Of a DNA stretch of 37,594 nucleotides, positions 24,572-34,348 are shown piece by piece. Each line of letters begins with the position of its first letter. Position 1 is the first letter of the stretch. This stretch comes from a virus. The DNA is taken from the UHGV virus genome UHGV-0218009; one strand, 5' to 3'. A model generated the notes under the pieces. It saw only the letters and a program-made list of their open reading frames with translations, made no database searches and was not told where the DNA came from. The position numbers were made by a program, and so were the translations under genes.

Positions 24572-24631
24572 GCCCCGACCGTTAAAAAGGTAACACCAAC
24601 GGCAGATGGGGCAGTTATTGAAGCAGAGTAG
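24572..24631 (+). other. -1 frame open segment after the capsid stop encoding APTVKKVTPTADGAVIEAE, a paralog of the major tail protein C-terminus; overlaps a GC-rich hairpin
   Basis: Compare VTPTADGAVIE here with VTPTSDGAVVK at 26536..26570. The differences are mostly synonymous third-position changes. Hairpin gccccgaccgtt...aacggcagatggggc. Confidence 0.4.
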
Positions 24632-24639
24632 GTGAAAAA

Positions 24640-24972
24640 ATGACTCTTTCAGATTATCGCGTACTACTGGATATTTCAGAGGATACCTACGAAAAAGATA
24701 AGGCAAAAATTATCAAAATCTGGGACATTACTGAAAAGCAACTGCTAGTAAAGCTAAAAACAGATGAGATACCAGAAAAATTGGACTATATTGTTCCATC
24801 AATTGTAGTGAAACGTTACAACCGTTTAGGTTTTGAAGGCATGGAACAACATTCTCAATCAGAAGAAACAATTTCTTATAATTTGGACGACTTCGGGGAA
24901 TTTCAAGATGAGATTAACGATTATCTTGAAGAACAAGGCTTGATTCGTAAAAGGAAGGTGTCCTTTTTATGA
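24640..24972 (+). CDS. Head-tail connector protein (gp6-like)
   Basis: Position and size. RBS GGTGA. Confidence 0.6.
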   Translation: MTLSDYRVLLDISEDTYEKDKAKIIKIWDITEKQLLVKLKTDEIPEKLDYIVPSIVVKRYNRLGFEGMEQHSQSEETISYNLDDFGEFQDEINDYLEEQGLIRKRKVSFL

Positions 24973-25244
24973 GAACCTGCATTAATTACTACAACAAAAA
25001 GCACGAGCTGATTTTGGAAAAACTAATAGGCAGTGTAACCGAAGTCGGAACGGAAAAACAAATGACCATTTTCCCTAACATAAAGGAGCAGATGGTCATT
25101 TTTCGTTTTAGAGACCGCCTATCAATTCGTTCAGGTTTTCTTGAATACTACGACGAAGAAGAACAAAAAAATCGAAAATTTACCGTTGTTAAAAATTTGC
25201 GTGTTAGTAAAGGAACTTCGGTTTATGGAAGTGAATATCGATGA
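24969..25244 (+). CDS. Head closure / head-tail adaptor protein
   Basis: 4-nt overlap chain of small head-tail joining genes. Confidence 0.55.
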   Translation: MRTCINYYNKKHELILEKLIGSVTEVGTEKQMTIFPNIKEQMVIFRFRDRLSIRSGFLEYYDEEEQKNRKFTVVKNLRVSKGTSVYGSEYR

Positions 25245-25579
25245 CTTACCGAGTAGATATTTCAGGATTGGATGATTTAATCGAAGCGATTGAAGAAGCG
25301 AAAAAGCTAGACGATGTAAAAGAGGTCGTCAAAAATGATACTGCTTATATGGCAAATCAAATTGCAGAAGAAACACCAGTCAGAAGTGGATACTTAAAAC
25401 GAAGTGAGACACCTTCTATTAAAGATGACGGAATGACTGGCGAAGTTGAAGCGATGGCTGACTATTCAGCATATGTAGAATATGGAACGCGTTATATGTA
25501 CGGACGTTTCTATATGAAAAAAGGGCATACAGCAGCAGCTAAAAGATTTCTTGATAATATGGAGGCGTTAGTAAAATGA
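25241..25579 (+). CDS. HK97 gp10-like head-tail joining protein
   Basis: Position and size. Translational coupling. Confidence 0.55.
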   Translation: MTYRVDISGLDDLIEAIEEAKKLDDVKEVVKNDTAYMANQIAEETPVRSGYLKRSETPSIKDDGMTGEVEAMADYSAYVEYGTRYMYGRFYMKKGHTAAAKRFLDNMEALVK

Positions 25580-25968
25580 CCTTTAAAGACCCGTATTCAG
25601 AACTTTACGAAGCGTTATTTGTCACTTTGGAGCAAACAGGCTATGAAACCTATGGGCATTTGCCAGATGACGACGCTTCTTACCCGTTTGTTTTCTTAGG
25701 TGAACAATGGTCTAAGGATAGACAAACAAAAACAAGAACGTTAGGTTCAACAAATATTATGATTCATGTTTATGATCATGACGACAAACGTCGAGAATTA
25801 AATCAAGTATTAGCCGATGTGCGAAAAATCGTTCATGAATTGCATCAGACTAAGAACTTTAATTGGTTAGTGACAGAAAGTAGCACAGAAGTAATTTATG
25901 AAAATACAACCAATTTTGGTACGAGCCTTGCACACGGTGTACTTGACATCACGTTAGAATTTGAATAA
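25576..25968 (+). CDS. Tail completion / tail terminator protein
   Basis: Position immediately upstream of the major tail protein gene. Confidence 0.5.
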   Translation: MTFKDPYSELYEALFVTLEQTGYETYGHLPDDDASYPFVFLGEQWSKDRQTKTRTLGSTNIMIHVYDHDDKRRELNQVLADVRKIVHELHQTKNFNWLVTESSTEVIYENTTNFGTSLAHGVLDITLEFE

Positions 25969-25986
25969 GAAAGAAGGAAACTCGAA

Positions 25987-26592
25987 ATGGAAAAAGCAAT
26001 TCAAGGTAAAAAAATTAAGTTAATGTTTCGACTAACACGTGAACGTGCGACAACAGCAGCGAAGTTGTTAGCTTTAGAAATTTCACACGAATATAAGTCA
26101 GAAACAAAAACAGATACACAATCAACAAAAGACGGGAATGTTCCTACATCAGGAATGCCGTCAGCTTCCATCGAAATGGAATTTTTACGGACAGGCACAG
26201 AAACATACAACATGTTGAAATATGCGTATCGTAACGGGCTAGAAATTGATGTATGGCGCATTAATTTTGATAAAAAAGACCCAAAAACAGGAAAATACGA
26301 AGCGGAATTTGGCACAGGCTTGTTGGATTCATTCGGAGATTCTGCCGAGTCCGATTCTAATTCAAGTATTAAACCAACTCTAGTTTTAAATGGTGACCTA
26401 GTAGAAGGTTGGGCAACGGTTGACGCCGAAAATGAAGAACTTGCGCGTGCTTTCTTCTACGACACAGTGGCTGGTGCGGAACCAGAAGAGCCTGTAGAAA
26501 AATACACACCAAAAACAATTGAAGTACCTAAAGTTGAAAGTGTAACGCCGACATCAGATGGTGCCGTTGTAAAAGTGAAGGAGGAAGAATAA
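25987..26592 (+). CDS. Major tail (tube) protein
   Basis: 201 aa. Position before the chaperone and TMP genes. Confidence 0.7.
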   Translation: MEKAIQGKKIKLMFRLTRERATTAAKLLALEISHEYKSETKTDTQSTKDGNVPTSGMPSASIEMEFLRTGTETYNMLKYAYRNGLEIDVWRINFDKKDPKTGKYEAEFGTGLLDSFGDSAESDSNSSIKPTLVLNGDLVEGWATVDAENEELARAFFYDTVAGAEPEEPVEKYTPKTIEVPKVESVTPTSDGAVVKVKEEE

Positions 26593-26594
26593 TC

Positions 26595-26903
26595 ATGGCA
26601 AATACTTATCGTATTTACAAAGGTAGTGAAAAAGTAGTTGAAGGAGCAAGTCCATTAACTATTACAGGACTTGATGCAGGAGCAAAAGTAGCAGCAGGAA
26701 CATATCATATTGTACGTGTGCAAGATGAAAAAGAATCTGAAAAAGTAGCTATTCCAGCTTTTACCGTATTGGCGGGGCGCTCTTTGGAAAATAAACCAAC
26801 AGAAGCAAATACTATTCCTGAAATCAAAGAATGGTTAACTGCTCACAGTATTGATTTTACAGGAAAAACAACGAAAACAGATTTATTAGCATTAGTACCA
26901 TAA
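26595..26903 (+). CDS. Ig-like domain protein with a C-terminal SAP/HeH-like motif; tail-tube decoration candidate
   Basis: Beta-rich KVVEGASPLTITGLDAGAKVAAGTYHIVRV. Sits in the -1 frame relative to the major tail gene, with its own RBS AAGGAGG. Confidence 0.55.
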   Translation: MANTYRIYKGSEKVVEGASPLTITGLDAGAKVAAGTYHIVRVQDEKESEKVAIPAFTVLAGRSLENKPTEANTIPEIKEWLTAHSIDFTGKTTKTDLLALVP

Positions 26904-26921
26904 TTAAAAATCAGGAAGTAG

Positions 26922-26951
26922 GCGGCAATGTGAAGGCATTGTCGCTTTTTT
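26922..26951 (+). terminator. Rho-independent terminator or attenuator after the tail-tube genes
   Basis: 9-bp stem gcggcaatg/cattgtcgc (one G-U pair) plus T6. Confidence 0.6.
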
Positions 26952-26965
26952 AGGAGGAATTTTAC

Positions 26966-27364
26966 ATGTCAACAAACGTAAAACCTGTCGCAACAATTAA
27001 CGGAAAAAAATATCCTTTGATTTTCGGTTTTAAATTTTTAAACGAAATTAACGCATTAAAACCTGACGTTGAAGAAGTAGACGGCTTTGTCCAACTGATC
27101 GGAGGGTTACAAGATGGCGATGCTTTTGCCTTTCAAAAATTAATGCACGCAGCGTTAATTACTTATGATGACTTAACAACGAAAGAAATTGACGACTACT
27201 TAGAAACGTCGGAAGAGGCTTTAACGTTGTTTGAAAATTTTATCTCTTTCTTGGAGCAAGCACCGTTAACGGCTCTTCGGACGAAAAAAGCACTAGAAGC
27301 AATCAAAAAAATCATGGCTTACATGGAACAGATTCAAGCCAATCAACAAGAAACGACAGCCTAG
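26966..27364 (+). CDS. Tail assembly chaperone (gpG-like)
   Basis: RBS AGGAGG. Position before the TMP. Downstream -1 frame ORF continues open across its stop. Confidence 0.7.
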   Translation: MSTNVKPVATINGKKYPLIFGFKFLNEINALKPDVEEVDGFVQLIGGLQDGDAFAFQKLMHAALITYDDLTTKEIDDYLETSEEALTLFENFISFLEQAPLTALRTKKALEAIKKIMAYMEQIQANQQETTA

Positions 27365-27432
27365 ATTATGACGAAATAGTTGTCACATGTTTTCAACATT
27401 TCCCCAATATCACTTTAAAAGAAATTGAGCGT

Positions 27433-27738
27433 ATGACTCCTTATGAATTTTATTTACGGATAAAAGCTGTAAATTTACGAGCAATTAACGAAGAAAGGAA
27501 GCTATACGTTAACGCGTTAGCTACACGTATTTTTACAACGCCAGACGAAAAAGGACAACGCTATATTTTTAACGAAGTGAAAGATGTCTATGACTTTGAG
27601 AAGCTTGAACGCGATGTACGAGGTGAAATTTCGCAACGAGAAGCGGAAAAGCTAAGTGAGCTAGAAGAAAACGCTCGTCGATTAGAACAAGCAAGAAAAA
27701 TTGTTGAGGAAAGGAGGAAAAAACGTGACACAAAGTAA
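27433..27738 (+). CDS. gpT-like segment of the tail assembly chaperone, probably made as a G-T fusion by -1 frameshift
   Basis: The -1 frame relative to G stays open from before 27301 through the G stop. The A7 run at 27305..27311 is a candidate slip site. Confidence 0.5.
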   Translation: MTPYEFYLRIKAVNLRAINEERKLYVNALATRIFTTPDEKGQRYIFNEVKDVYDFEKLERDVRGEISQREAEKLSELEENARRLEQARKIVEERRKKRDTK

Positions 27739-30700
27739 AACGGTAACAGCCATACTTACAGCACGTGATAACAATTTTACCAGTGCGATGAACGGTGCTG
27801 TATCTTCGCTAAAAAAACTTAGCTCAAACGCTTCTGATATTCCTAGTAATTTGAATACAGTGAATGGTGCGATGAAAAGTTTCGGTGATAAAACCGCAAG
27901 TATCGGTCAAAGCATTGAAAAAGTTGGCGATTCTATGACTAAAGGTATCACACTTCCAATTGCGGGCGCCGTTGGTGCAGTAACAACCGCAGCGGTAAAA
28001 TGGGAAAGCGCCTTTACTGGAGTTAAAAAGACCAACGATGAGATGATCGATTCTAACGGTAAAGTCATTTATTCTTATGATGATTTAGAAAAAGGCCTTA
28101 GAGATTTAGCAAAAGAATTGCCCGCAAGTCACACAGAAATTGCAAACGTTGCGGAAGCGGCGGGGCAATTAGGTATCCAAACTGATAAAGTTGTAGGATT
28201 TACCAAAACTATGATCGATATGGGCGAATCAACAAACATGTCAGCCGATTCAGCAGCTACTTCCCTAGCTCGTTTTGCTAACATTACAGGTATGTCACAA
28301 GATAAATTTAGCAACCTTGGTTCAGCGATTGTTGACTTAGGGAATAATTTAGCGACTACCGAATCAGAGATTACAGAGATGGGCTTACGTTTAGCTGGTG
28401 CAGGAAAACAAATTGGTATGACTGAAGGAGATATTGTAGGTTTTGCAGCGGCGCTATCATCTGTTGGTATAGAGGCCGAAGCGGGTGGTTCAGCGTTCTC
28501 TCGGTTAATGGTTCAAATGCAATTAGCAACAGAAACAGGTGTTGAAGCTTTTGCGCCGCTGAAACAAGCAGTAGCGGAGCAAGGCGTGTCTTGGGAATCT
28601 TTTGTGCATGCTGTAAACTGGGGTGGAAAAGAACTGACGGCAGTTTCTAAGCAAATGGGAATACCTACCTCAGAATTAAAAAAAATGTATAAAGAAGCCA
28701 GTAAAGCTTCAGGTAGTCTGGAAGATTTCGCGAATGTAACAGGTCGAACTGGAGAAGAGTTTGCACAATTATTCAAAAGCAATCCATCTCAAGCATTAAT
28801 TGAATTTATCCAGGGCTTAAAAGACTCAGAAAAACACGGAATATCAGCTATTAAAGTGTTAGATGATATGGGAATTACAGAAGTTAGATTACGTGATAGT
28901 TTATTACGTGCGGCTAATGCAAGTGATGTCTTTGAAGGTGCTGTAAAACGAGGTAATTCAGCTTTTAAAGAAAATACAGCTCTAGCAAATGAAGCTGGTA
29001 AGCGTTACGAGACAACTGAAGCAAAACTTGGAATGTTAAAAAATGAATTCGTAAATATGGGAATAGATTTAGGTGGTCCTTTTGTAGATGCATTAAGAAG
29101 TGCACTACAGGCTTCTAAACCTTTAGTTGAAACTTTAGGAAAGATGGCAAAAGCTTTTTCAGAAGCCAATCCTAAAACTCAAGAATATATAATGAAAATG
29201 ATTGCGTTAGCAGCTTCAGTTGGTCCCGTGTTAAAAGTCTTTGGAAAAATGACAAGCATTTTCGGAAAAACAATTTCAACAATGTTTGAAACCGCGGGAA
29301 ATATCGATAGCAAGTGGAAGAAATTTATCAATAATCCTATTATTAGGGGTTCTAATAGCGCATTACAAGCTGTAAAAGGGTTTGTTTCTAAATATAAAGC
29401 AAATCTGGTTGGGCTTGAAAATGCGGGAGTCAATGTAAATGTACTAACAAGATTTACCACGTTAGGAGAGACTATTTCAGGTCTTTTTCCTACGTTAGAT
29501 ACATTTAGAGCAAATCTACGAGCAAGCCAAAGACAGCTAAATATGCTAGGGGAAGGGAATAAAGTTACTAACTTTTTCCGTTCTTTTTCTGCTTCTTTAC
29601 AATTATCTAACAGTAAGTTAGCGAAATTTGCCTCTGTTGTTATTAATCCTGTAGGGTCGCTAAGAAACCTATCCTCTGCAGCTGGCAAATCGGGAACGGT
29701 TTTATCAGGGCTTGGCGTAGCTGCCTCAAAAGCAGGTGGAGGTTTTAGAACATTTGCGGTAACGGGTATACGATCTATAGCTAGTTTAACAGGAGCTATG
29801 TTGAGCAATCCCATAACAGCAATTTTAGTAGCAATAACCGCTACGATAGTTGGTGTAGTGCAAGCTTGGAAATCCAATTTTATGAACATTCAAGGCTACG
29901 TGAAAACTGCTTTTAGCGGAATAGTAAAATCGTTTAAAAGTGTACTTCCTAGCTCCTCGAGTGTTACTAAAACAATAAAAGGATTAGGAAATACCTTTAA
30001 ATGGTTAGGTACTGGAGCAATTGTTGGTGTCACTTTTGCAATAGCAGGTTTTGTAGATGGATTACGTGCTATCGTTACTGTAGGAAAAACGGTAGTAAAT
30101 GCAATAATGGCAATTTCAAACGGTGTAAAAGGACTTTGGAAACGATTAAAAGGCGATTCTAAAGGTGCTGATAAAGCATTTAAAGATATGAAGAAAAGCT
30201 TATCTGATATAGAAAAAGATTGGGATACAATGTTTTCTGATTCTGCCTTAAAAAAGGCTGCTAAAAGCACCGAAGAATTAGGTGAAAAGTCCAAAGACAC
30301 TACGAAAGCAATTTCGTTAAATATGGAAGAAGCCTCTTCAAGTGTTGAAAATTATTCTTCAAAACTTGATGAAGCTAAACAGGCAATGACTGAACTTTTC
30401 TCACAGCAAAATGGTAGTACGGCTGGCGTAGAAACTTATTTCAAGAATACACTTGATTTAGTTACGAATTTAAAGGAACAACAGAAAAAGGCTGTTGAAA
30501 CCTATAACAAGCAAATTGAAGCGGCAGAAGGAAAATCAGAAGCAGAGAAGCAAAAGATTTTTGCCAATGCTTCAAGCCAGTATATGAAAGCTGTTCAAAC
30601 GAATAATAGTGATTTATTGAAGGTATATACTGATTATTCTAACCAATTGAAGAATAATAAAACAGTAGAGGGTCAAGAATTGACAGAACAGCAAAGAGCT

Positions 30701-32179
30701 ACTTTGCAAAATCAAACGAATATTATTCGGGATCAATTATTACAACAGAACCAACAATTTGTTGAGGCTGGTATGAATAAGTTGGCTAATAAACAAGCAT
30801 TAAGCGAGCAAGAAAAAGAACAAACTTTGACAAGCTTGCGAACGCTTGGAGAAATTCAAGCGCAACAAGTGCAAGAAAATAACGCCCAAATTCAGCAACT
30901 AGAAATACAAAAGAACCAAGCAAAAACGGAATCTGAAAAAGCAGCTTTCCAAAATCAAATTACACAATTACAAACGCAAAATGCTCAAATACGACAAAGT
31001 GAATTAGAGCAAGGAGCTCAACTTCTAGCGATTATTTCACAAAATGGTGCAAATAAAATTGCAGTGACAGCTGATAATTTAGCACAACTTAAAGGCGTTA
31101 CAGACCAACAGCTTTTAGGCATTTATCAATCTTATGTAAATAATGGTGCTAGCATTGACCAACAAATGGCTTTATTGGCAGGAATGCTACGTCAACGAGG
31201 GATTGATGGCTCTAACGGACTAGTTCAGGGATTGCAAAGTAATGATCCAACGAAGTGGGCGAATATGTCAAGAGCTGACATTGTTAATACTTTACAAGCG
31301 TTGCCTCCTGACTTATTTAGAAATGGTCAAGACGGAAAAAACCAGTTAATTGATGGATTAAACTCTGGGAAAACACAACTTAATAATGTTGGTAAAGAAT
31401 TGATGTCTTCGATGAATAGTGGTCAATCTTCGCAAAAATCTAATTCTAAGAAAGCTGCCGCTGATAATAGTAGTGCAGCTGCTTCTGGAACAAGAAGTAA
31501 AAGTAATGAACATAAAAATGCTGGTAAAAGCAATGCTCAACAGACAAATGCTGGAACGAATTCTGAAAAAGGAAATGCGAAGAATTCTGGAAGTCAGCTA
31601 GGTGCGGCAACAATTCAAGGATATTTAACTCAGTTACCCCCTGCAAATAATGCTGGAAGGTCTTTAGGAAATGCGGTAAGTCAGGGTGCAGGTTCTGTAG
31701 ATATGAGCCCTGTAGGTTCAAATATGGCTAGAGGTGTTGCTTCTGGTATTCGTGCAAGTCAGGGCGAAGCAGTGGCTGCTATGCAAAATTTAGTAGCCGC
31801 CGTTAATGCAGAAGCACAGAAAAAAGCAAAAATTAAATCACCATCACGCCTATTGAAATATGATGTTGGTGTTTTCCTTGCACAAGGTGTAGCTGCAGGT
31901 ATTCGAGAAGATACGTCGGTTGCCGTACAAAGTGCAAAAGATATGATTTCAAGTATTCATCAATCTATTACGGGTAGCCGTTTGATGAAACGTTCAAATG
32001 CAATTGAGGTAAAACACTCTATAGATAATACGCCAATGGGAAAAATGGTAGAAATTTTAGAAGAAATACGACATTTAACTGTTGTGATGGATACTGGCCA
32101 AGTAGTGGGAGCGCTAGGTAGCCCAATGAATCTTAATTTAGCAGAACAACAAAAGCAAGATGGGAGGTATCGTAGTTGA
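27725..32179 (+). CDS. Tape measure protein
   Basis: About 1480 aa, coiled-coil and Gly-rich TM segments. GTG start with AAGGAGG RBS. The track's ATG at 27701 is an alternative. Confidence 0.9.
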   Translation: MTQSKTVTAILTARDNNFTSAMNGAVSSLKKLSSNASDIPSNLNTVNGAMKSFGDKTASIGQSIEKVGDSMTKGITLPIAGAVGAVTTAAVKWESAFTGVKKTNDEMIDSNGKVIYSYDDLEKGLRDLAKELPASHTEIANVAEAAGQLGIQTDKVVGFTKTMIDMGESTNMSADSAATSLARFANITGMSQDKFSNLGSAIVDLGNNLATTESEITEMGLRLAGAGKQIGMTEGDIVGFAAALSSVGIEAEAGGSAFSRLMVQMQLATETGVEAFAPLKQAVAEQGVSWESFVHAVNWGGKELTAVSKQMGIPTSELKKMYKEASKASGSLEDFANVTGRTGEEFAQLFKSNPSQALIEFIQGLKDSEKHGISAIKVLDDMGITEVRLRDSLLRAANASDVFEGAVKRGNSAFKENTALANEAGKRYETTEAKLGMLKNEFVNMGIDLGGPFVDALRSALQASKPLVETLGKMAKAFSEANPKTQEYIMKMIALAASVGPVLKVFGKMTSIFGKTISTMFETAGNIDSKWKKFINNPIIRGSNSALQAVKGFVSKYKANLVGLENAGVNVNVLTRFTTLGETISGLFPTLDTFRANLRASQRQLNMLGEGNKVTNFFRSFSASLQLSNSKLAKFASVVINPVGSLRNLSSAAGKSGTVLSGLGVAASKAGGGFRTFAVTGIRSIASLTGAMLSNPITAILVAITATIVGVVQAWKSNFMNIQGYVKTAFSGIVKSFKSVLPSSSSVTKTIKGLGNTFKWLGTGAIVGVTFAIAGFVDGLRAIVTVGKTVVNAIMAISNGVKGLWKRLKGDSKGADKAFKDMKKSLSDIEKDWDTMFSDSALKKAAKSTEELGEKSKDTTKAISLNMEEASSSVENYSSKLDEAKQAMTELFSQQNGSTAGVETYFKNTLDLVTNLKEQQKKAVETYNKQIEAAEGKSEAEKQKIFANASSQYMKAVQTNNSDLLKVYTDYSNQLKNNKTVEGQELTEQQRATLQNQTNIIRDQLLQQNQQFVEAGMNKLANKQALSEQEKEQTLTSLRTLGEIQAQQVQENNAQIQQLEIQKNQAKTESEKAAFQNQITQLQTQNAQIRQSELEQGAQLLAIISQNGANKIAVTADNLAQLKGVTDQQLLGIYQSYVNNGASIDQQMALLAGMLRQRGIDGSNGLVQGLQSNDPTKWANMSRADIVNTLQALPPDLFRNGQDGKNQLIDGLNSGKTQLNNVGKELMSSMNSGQSSQKSNSKKAAADNSSAAASGTRSKSNEHKNAGKSNAQQTNAGTNSEKGNAKNSGSQLGAATIQGYLTQLPPANNAGRSLGNAVSQGAGSVDMSPVGSNMARGVASGIRASQGEAVAAMQNLVAAVNAEAQKKAKIKSPSRLLKYDVGVFLAQGVAAGIREDTSVAVQSAKDMISSIHQSITGSRLMKRSNAIEVKHSIDNTPMGKMVEILEEIRHLTVVMDTGQVVGALGSPMNLNLAEQQKQDGRYRS

Positions 32180-32898
32180 TTGAAATTGTAGAATATATGG
32201 CCAAAGGTCGTTTTAATAGCAAAGAACACGGTTTCTACATTATTGAACACGATGCTCCTTCAGCGGAAGAAGTGGAAATTATTGAACAGATCCCTTTCAT
32301 GCAAGGTCAGTATGATTTTTCCATGCTTACAGGAGAACGAATTTTTAGTAATCGCATTGTCACTGTTACTTTTTGGCGACCTAATACGCCATACGAAGAA
32401 CGAAAGGCATTAGAGGCGAAAGTAAAAGAAGAATTGATGATGGATGGAATTGATTACATTGATGATTCTTGGTTACGTTCAGGGCTTCGCTGGTATGGAA
32501 AATGCAAAAGTGTGAAAGCAGAAGATGACTCGTCAAGTAATTCATTAACGTTAACCGTAGAATTTGACGTGTATCCTTTTGCTTTAAGGGAAAATATTTC
32601 TTATTCCGATGTCTTTGACGATGACTATTTCACAGACGATAGCGCCGACAATTGGACAGGCTACTATATTCACGGAAAAAGAGAAATTTTTCTTATCAAT
32701 ATGGGAGCAAATGCTTCTAGTCCAACAATAAAGGCAACGTCTACAATGCAATTAACTACTGATGACGGAATAACAATAAAAGTTCCGAAAGGCGAATCGC
32801 AAGATTATTTCTTTAAATTAAAAAGAGGGACTAACCACTTAACTATTTATGGCGAAGGTCATATCTCTTTCTTTATGTCTAGTGAGGTGATGGTCTAA
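32176..32898 (+). CDS. Distal tail protein (Dit)
   Basis: Position directly after the TMP. TTG start with GGGAGG RBS. Confidence 0.65.
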   Translation: MIEIVEYMAKGRFNSKEHGFYIIEHDAPSAEEVEIIEQIPFMQGQYDFSMLTGERIFSNRIVTVTFWRPNTPYEERKALEAKVKEELMMDGIDYIDDSWLRSGLRWYGKCKSVKAEDDSSSNSLTLTVEFDVYPFALRENISYSDVFDDDYFTDDSADNWTGYYIHGKREIFLINMGANASSPTIKATSTMQLTTDDGITIKVPKGESQDYFFKLKRGTNHLTIYGEGHISFFMSSEVMV

Positions 32899-34343
32899 TG
32901 TATCGAGTATTATTGTTTGATAATCCGAACAGAAAGAATCCAAAGATTGTTCATGAGCCATATAGCTATGGTGAGAAAATCAAAGATAGTGAAGTATATT
33001 TATCGCTTAACGGATTAGGAATTTCTACTTTTGAATTTACCTTTAATATTAACAATAAATACTATCAAAAGATTGAGCCGATTATTCACTTTATCCAGAT
33101 TGTGGATGTTACAAGAAATAAAGAAATTTTTTATGGTAGAGTTGCTAAAATCACGAATAAAATGGAAGCATCAGGAAGCTTTTCTCAAACTCTCTTAGCG
33201 GAGGATGAGAAAGCTTTTTTATATGATTCTGTTCAAACCTATATGAAACCAACACGGATGACTGTATCTGCTTATTTACAAAAAATACTCGATGCACACA
33301 ATAAACAAGTTGAAGCGCATAAGCAGTTTCGGCTTGGTGAAGTGAATGTTGTAGATAATGGGGACTTGCTAAGAGGATTAGGCTATCAAAGTACAGCTGA
33401 TACCATTAAAGAAAAATTGTTGGATAGGCTGGGCGGTACGTTAACACTTCGACGTGTTGGGAATATAAATTATTTAGATTATCTATCTAATTATGGTGTG
33501 AACAGTGAAACTCCTTTACAGTTAACCAAAAATCTAAAAAGTGCTACTCGAGATATTGATATTTCTGAATTGTTTACAAGGATTGTGCCCGTCGGTCAAG
33601 ATATTGAAGATACGTCAAATACTGATATTGAAGTGGGAACAGATTTTTCACGACCTAAATACACCATCGAAAAAGTAAATGGCGGTAAGAATTACCTTGA
33701 TGATGAAGCGTTAATCAAAAAATTTGGATTAAACACGGGCATTGTAGAATTTTCAAATGTCAAAGACCCATCAATTTTAAAACGTCGAGGGTTGCAATGG
33801 CTAAAAGACCAAAGCTTGATGTTGGTAACTTGGACAGTTGAAGCCATTGAGTTAGGGCTATTGGATAAACGGTATGAATTAATCACTTTAGGAAACAGTT
33901 ATAAAGTAGATAATCAATTTATTTATGCTGTAGAACGATTACAAGTGATTGAGAAAAAATTTAGTATTTTAGAACCGCAAAAGGTTACTTTGACTATTGG
34001 TTCGAAAAAGAAAAAACTGACCGATTATCAAAACGAAATAAAAGCTATTCAATCCAATTTAGTAAACGTAAAAAAATTTGCGACGGCAGGAGTTCAAAAC
34101 ATATCAGAGTTGATAAAAAGACAGGAAGAATTTGACAATGATTTATCTGTTCAAAGTAGTAAAGTTAGTTCTTTGGAAGACTTAACCAGTGAATTATCAA
34201 CAACCGTGACAGAATCGACGGAAGCCTTTAAACAATTAGCAAGTGATTTAACAAATACAGTCGAATCTGTAGGTACTGCTCAAACTGAGATGAAAAAGGC
34301 GTTAGACGATTTAATTAAGCGCGTAGAGAAATTAGAAAAATAA
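32898..34343 (+). CDS. Tail-associated protein (Tal) N-terminal structural domain with a C-terminal coiled coil; no enzymatic domain seen
   Basis: Position after Dit. 481 aa. RBS GAGGTGA. Confidence 0.65.
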   Translation: MYRVLLFDNPNRKNPKIVHEPYSYGEKIKDSEVYLSLNGLGISTFEFTFNINNKYYQKIEPIIHFIQIVDVTRNKEIFYGRVAKITNKMEASGSFSQTLLAEDEKAFLYDSVQTYMKPTRMTVSAYLQKILDAHNKQVEAHKQFRLGEVNVVDNGDLLRGLGYQSTADTIKEKLLDRLGGTLTLRRVGNINYLDYLSNYGVNSETPLQLTKNLKSATRDIDISELFTRIVPVGQDIEDTSNTDIEVGTDFSRPKYTIEKVNGGKNYLDDEALIKKFGLNTGIVEFSNVKDPSILKRRGLQWLKDQSLMLVTWTVEAIELGLLDKRYELITLGNSYKVDNQFIYAVERLQVIEKKFSILEPQKVTLTIGSKKKKLTDYQNEIKAIQSNLVNVKKFATAGVQNISELIKRQEEFDNDLSVQSSKVSSLEDLTSELSTTVTESTEAFKQLASDLTNTVESVGTAQTEMKKALDDLIKRVEKLEK

Positions 34344-34348
34344 GAGAG

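Noticed and set aside
29179-30300. Long antisense ORFs (236 aa and 134 aa) inside the tape measure gene
   Set aside because: They lie entirely within the TMP coding region on the opposite strand. Their products are low-complexity and they have no RBS. They are an artefact of the repetitive TMP composition.
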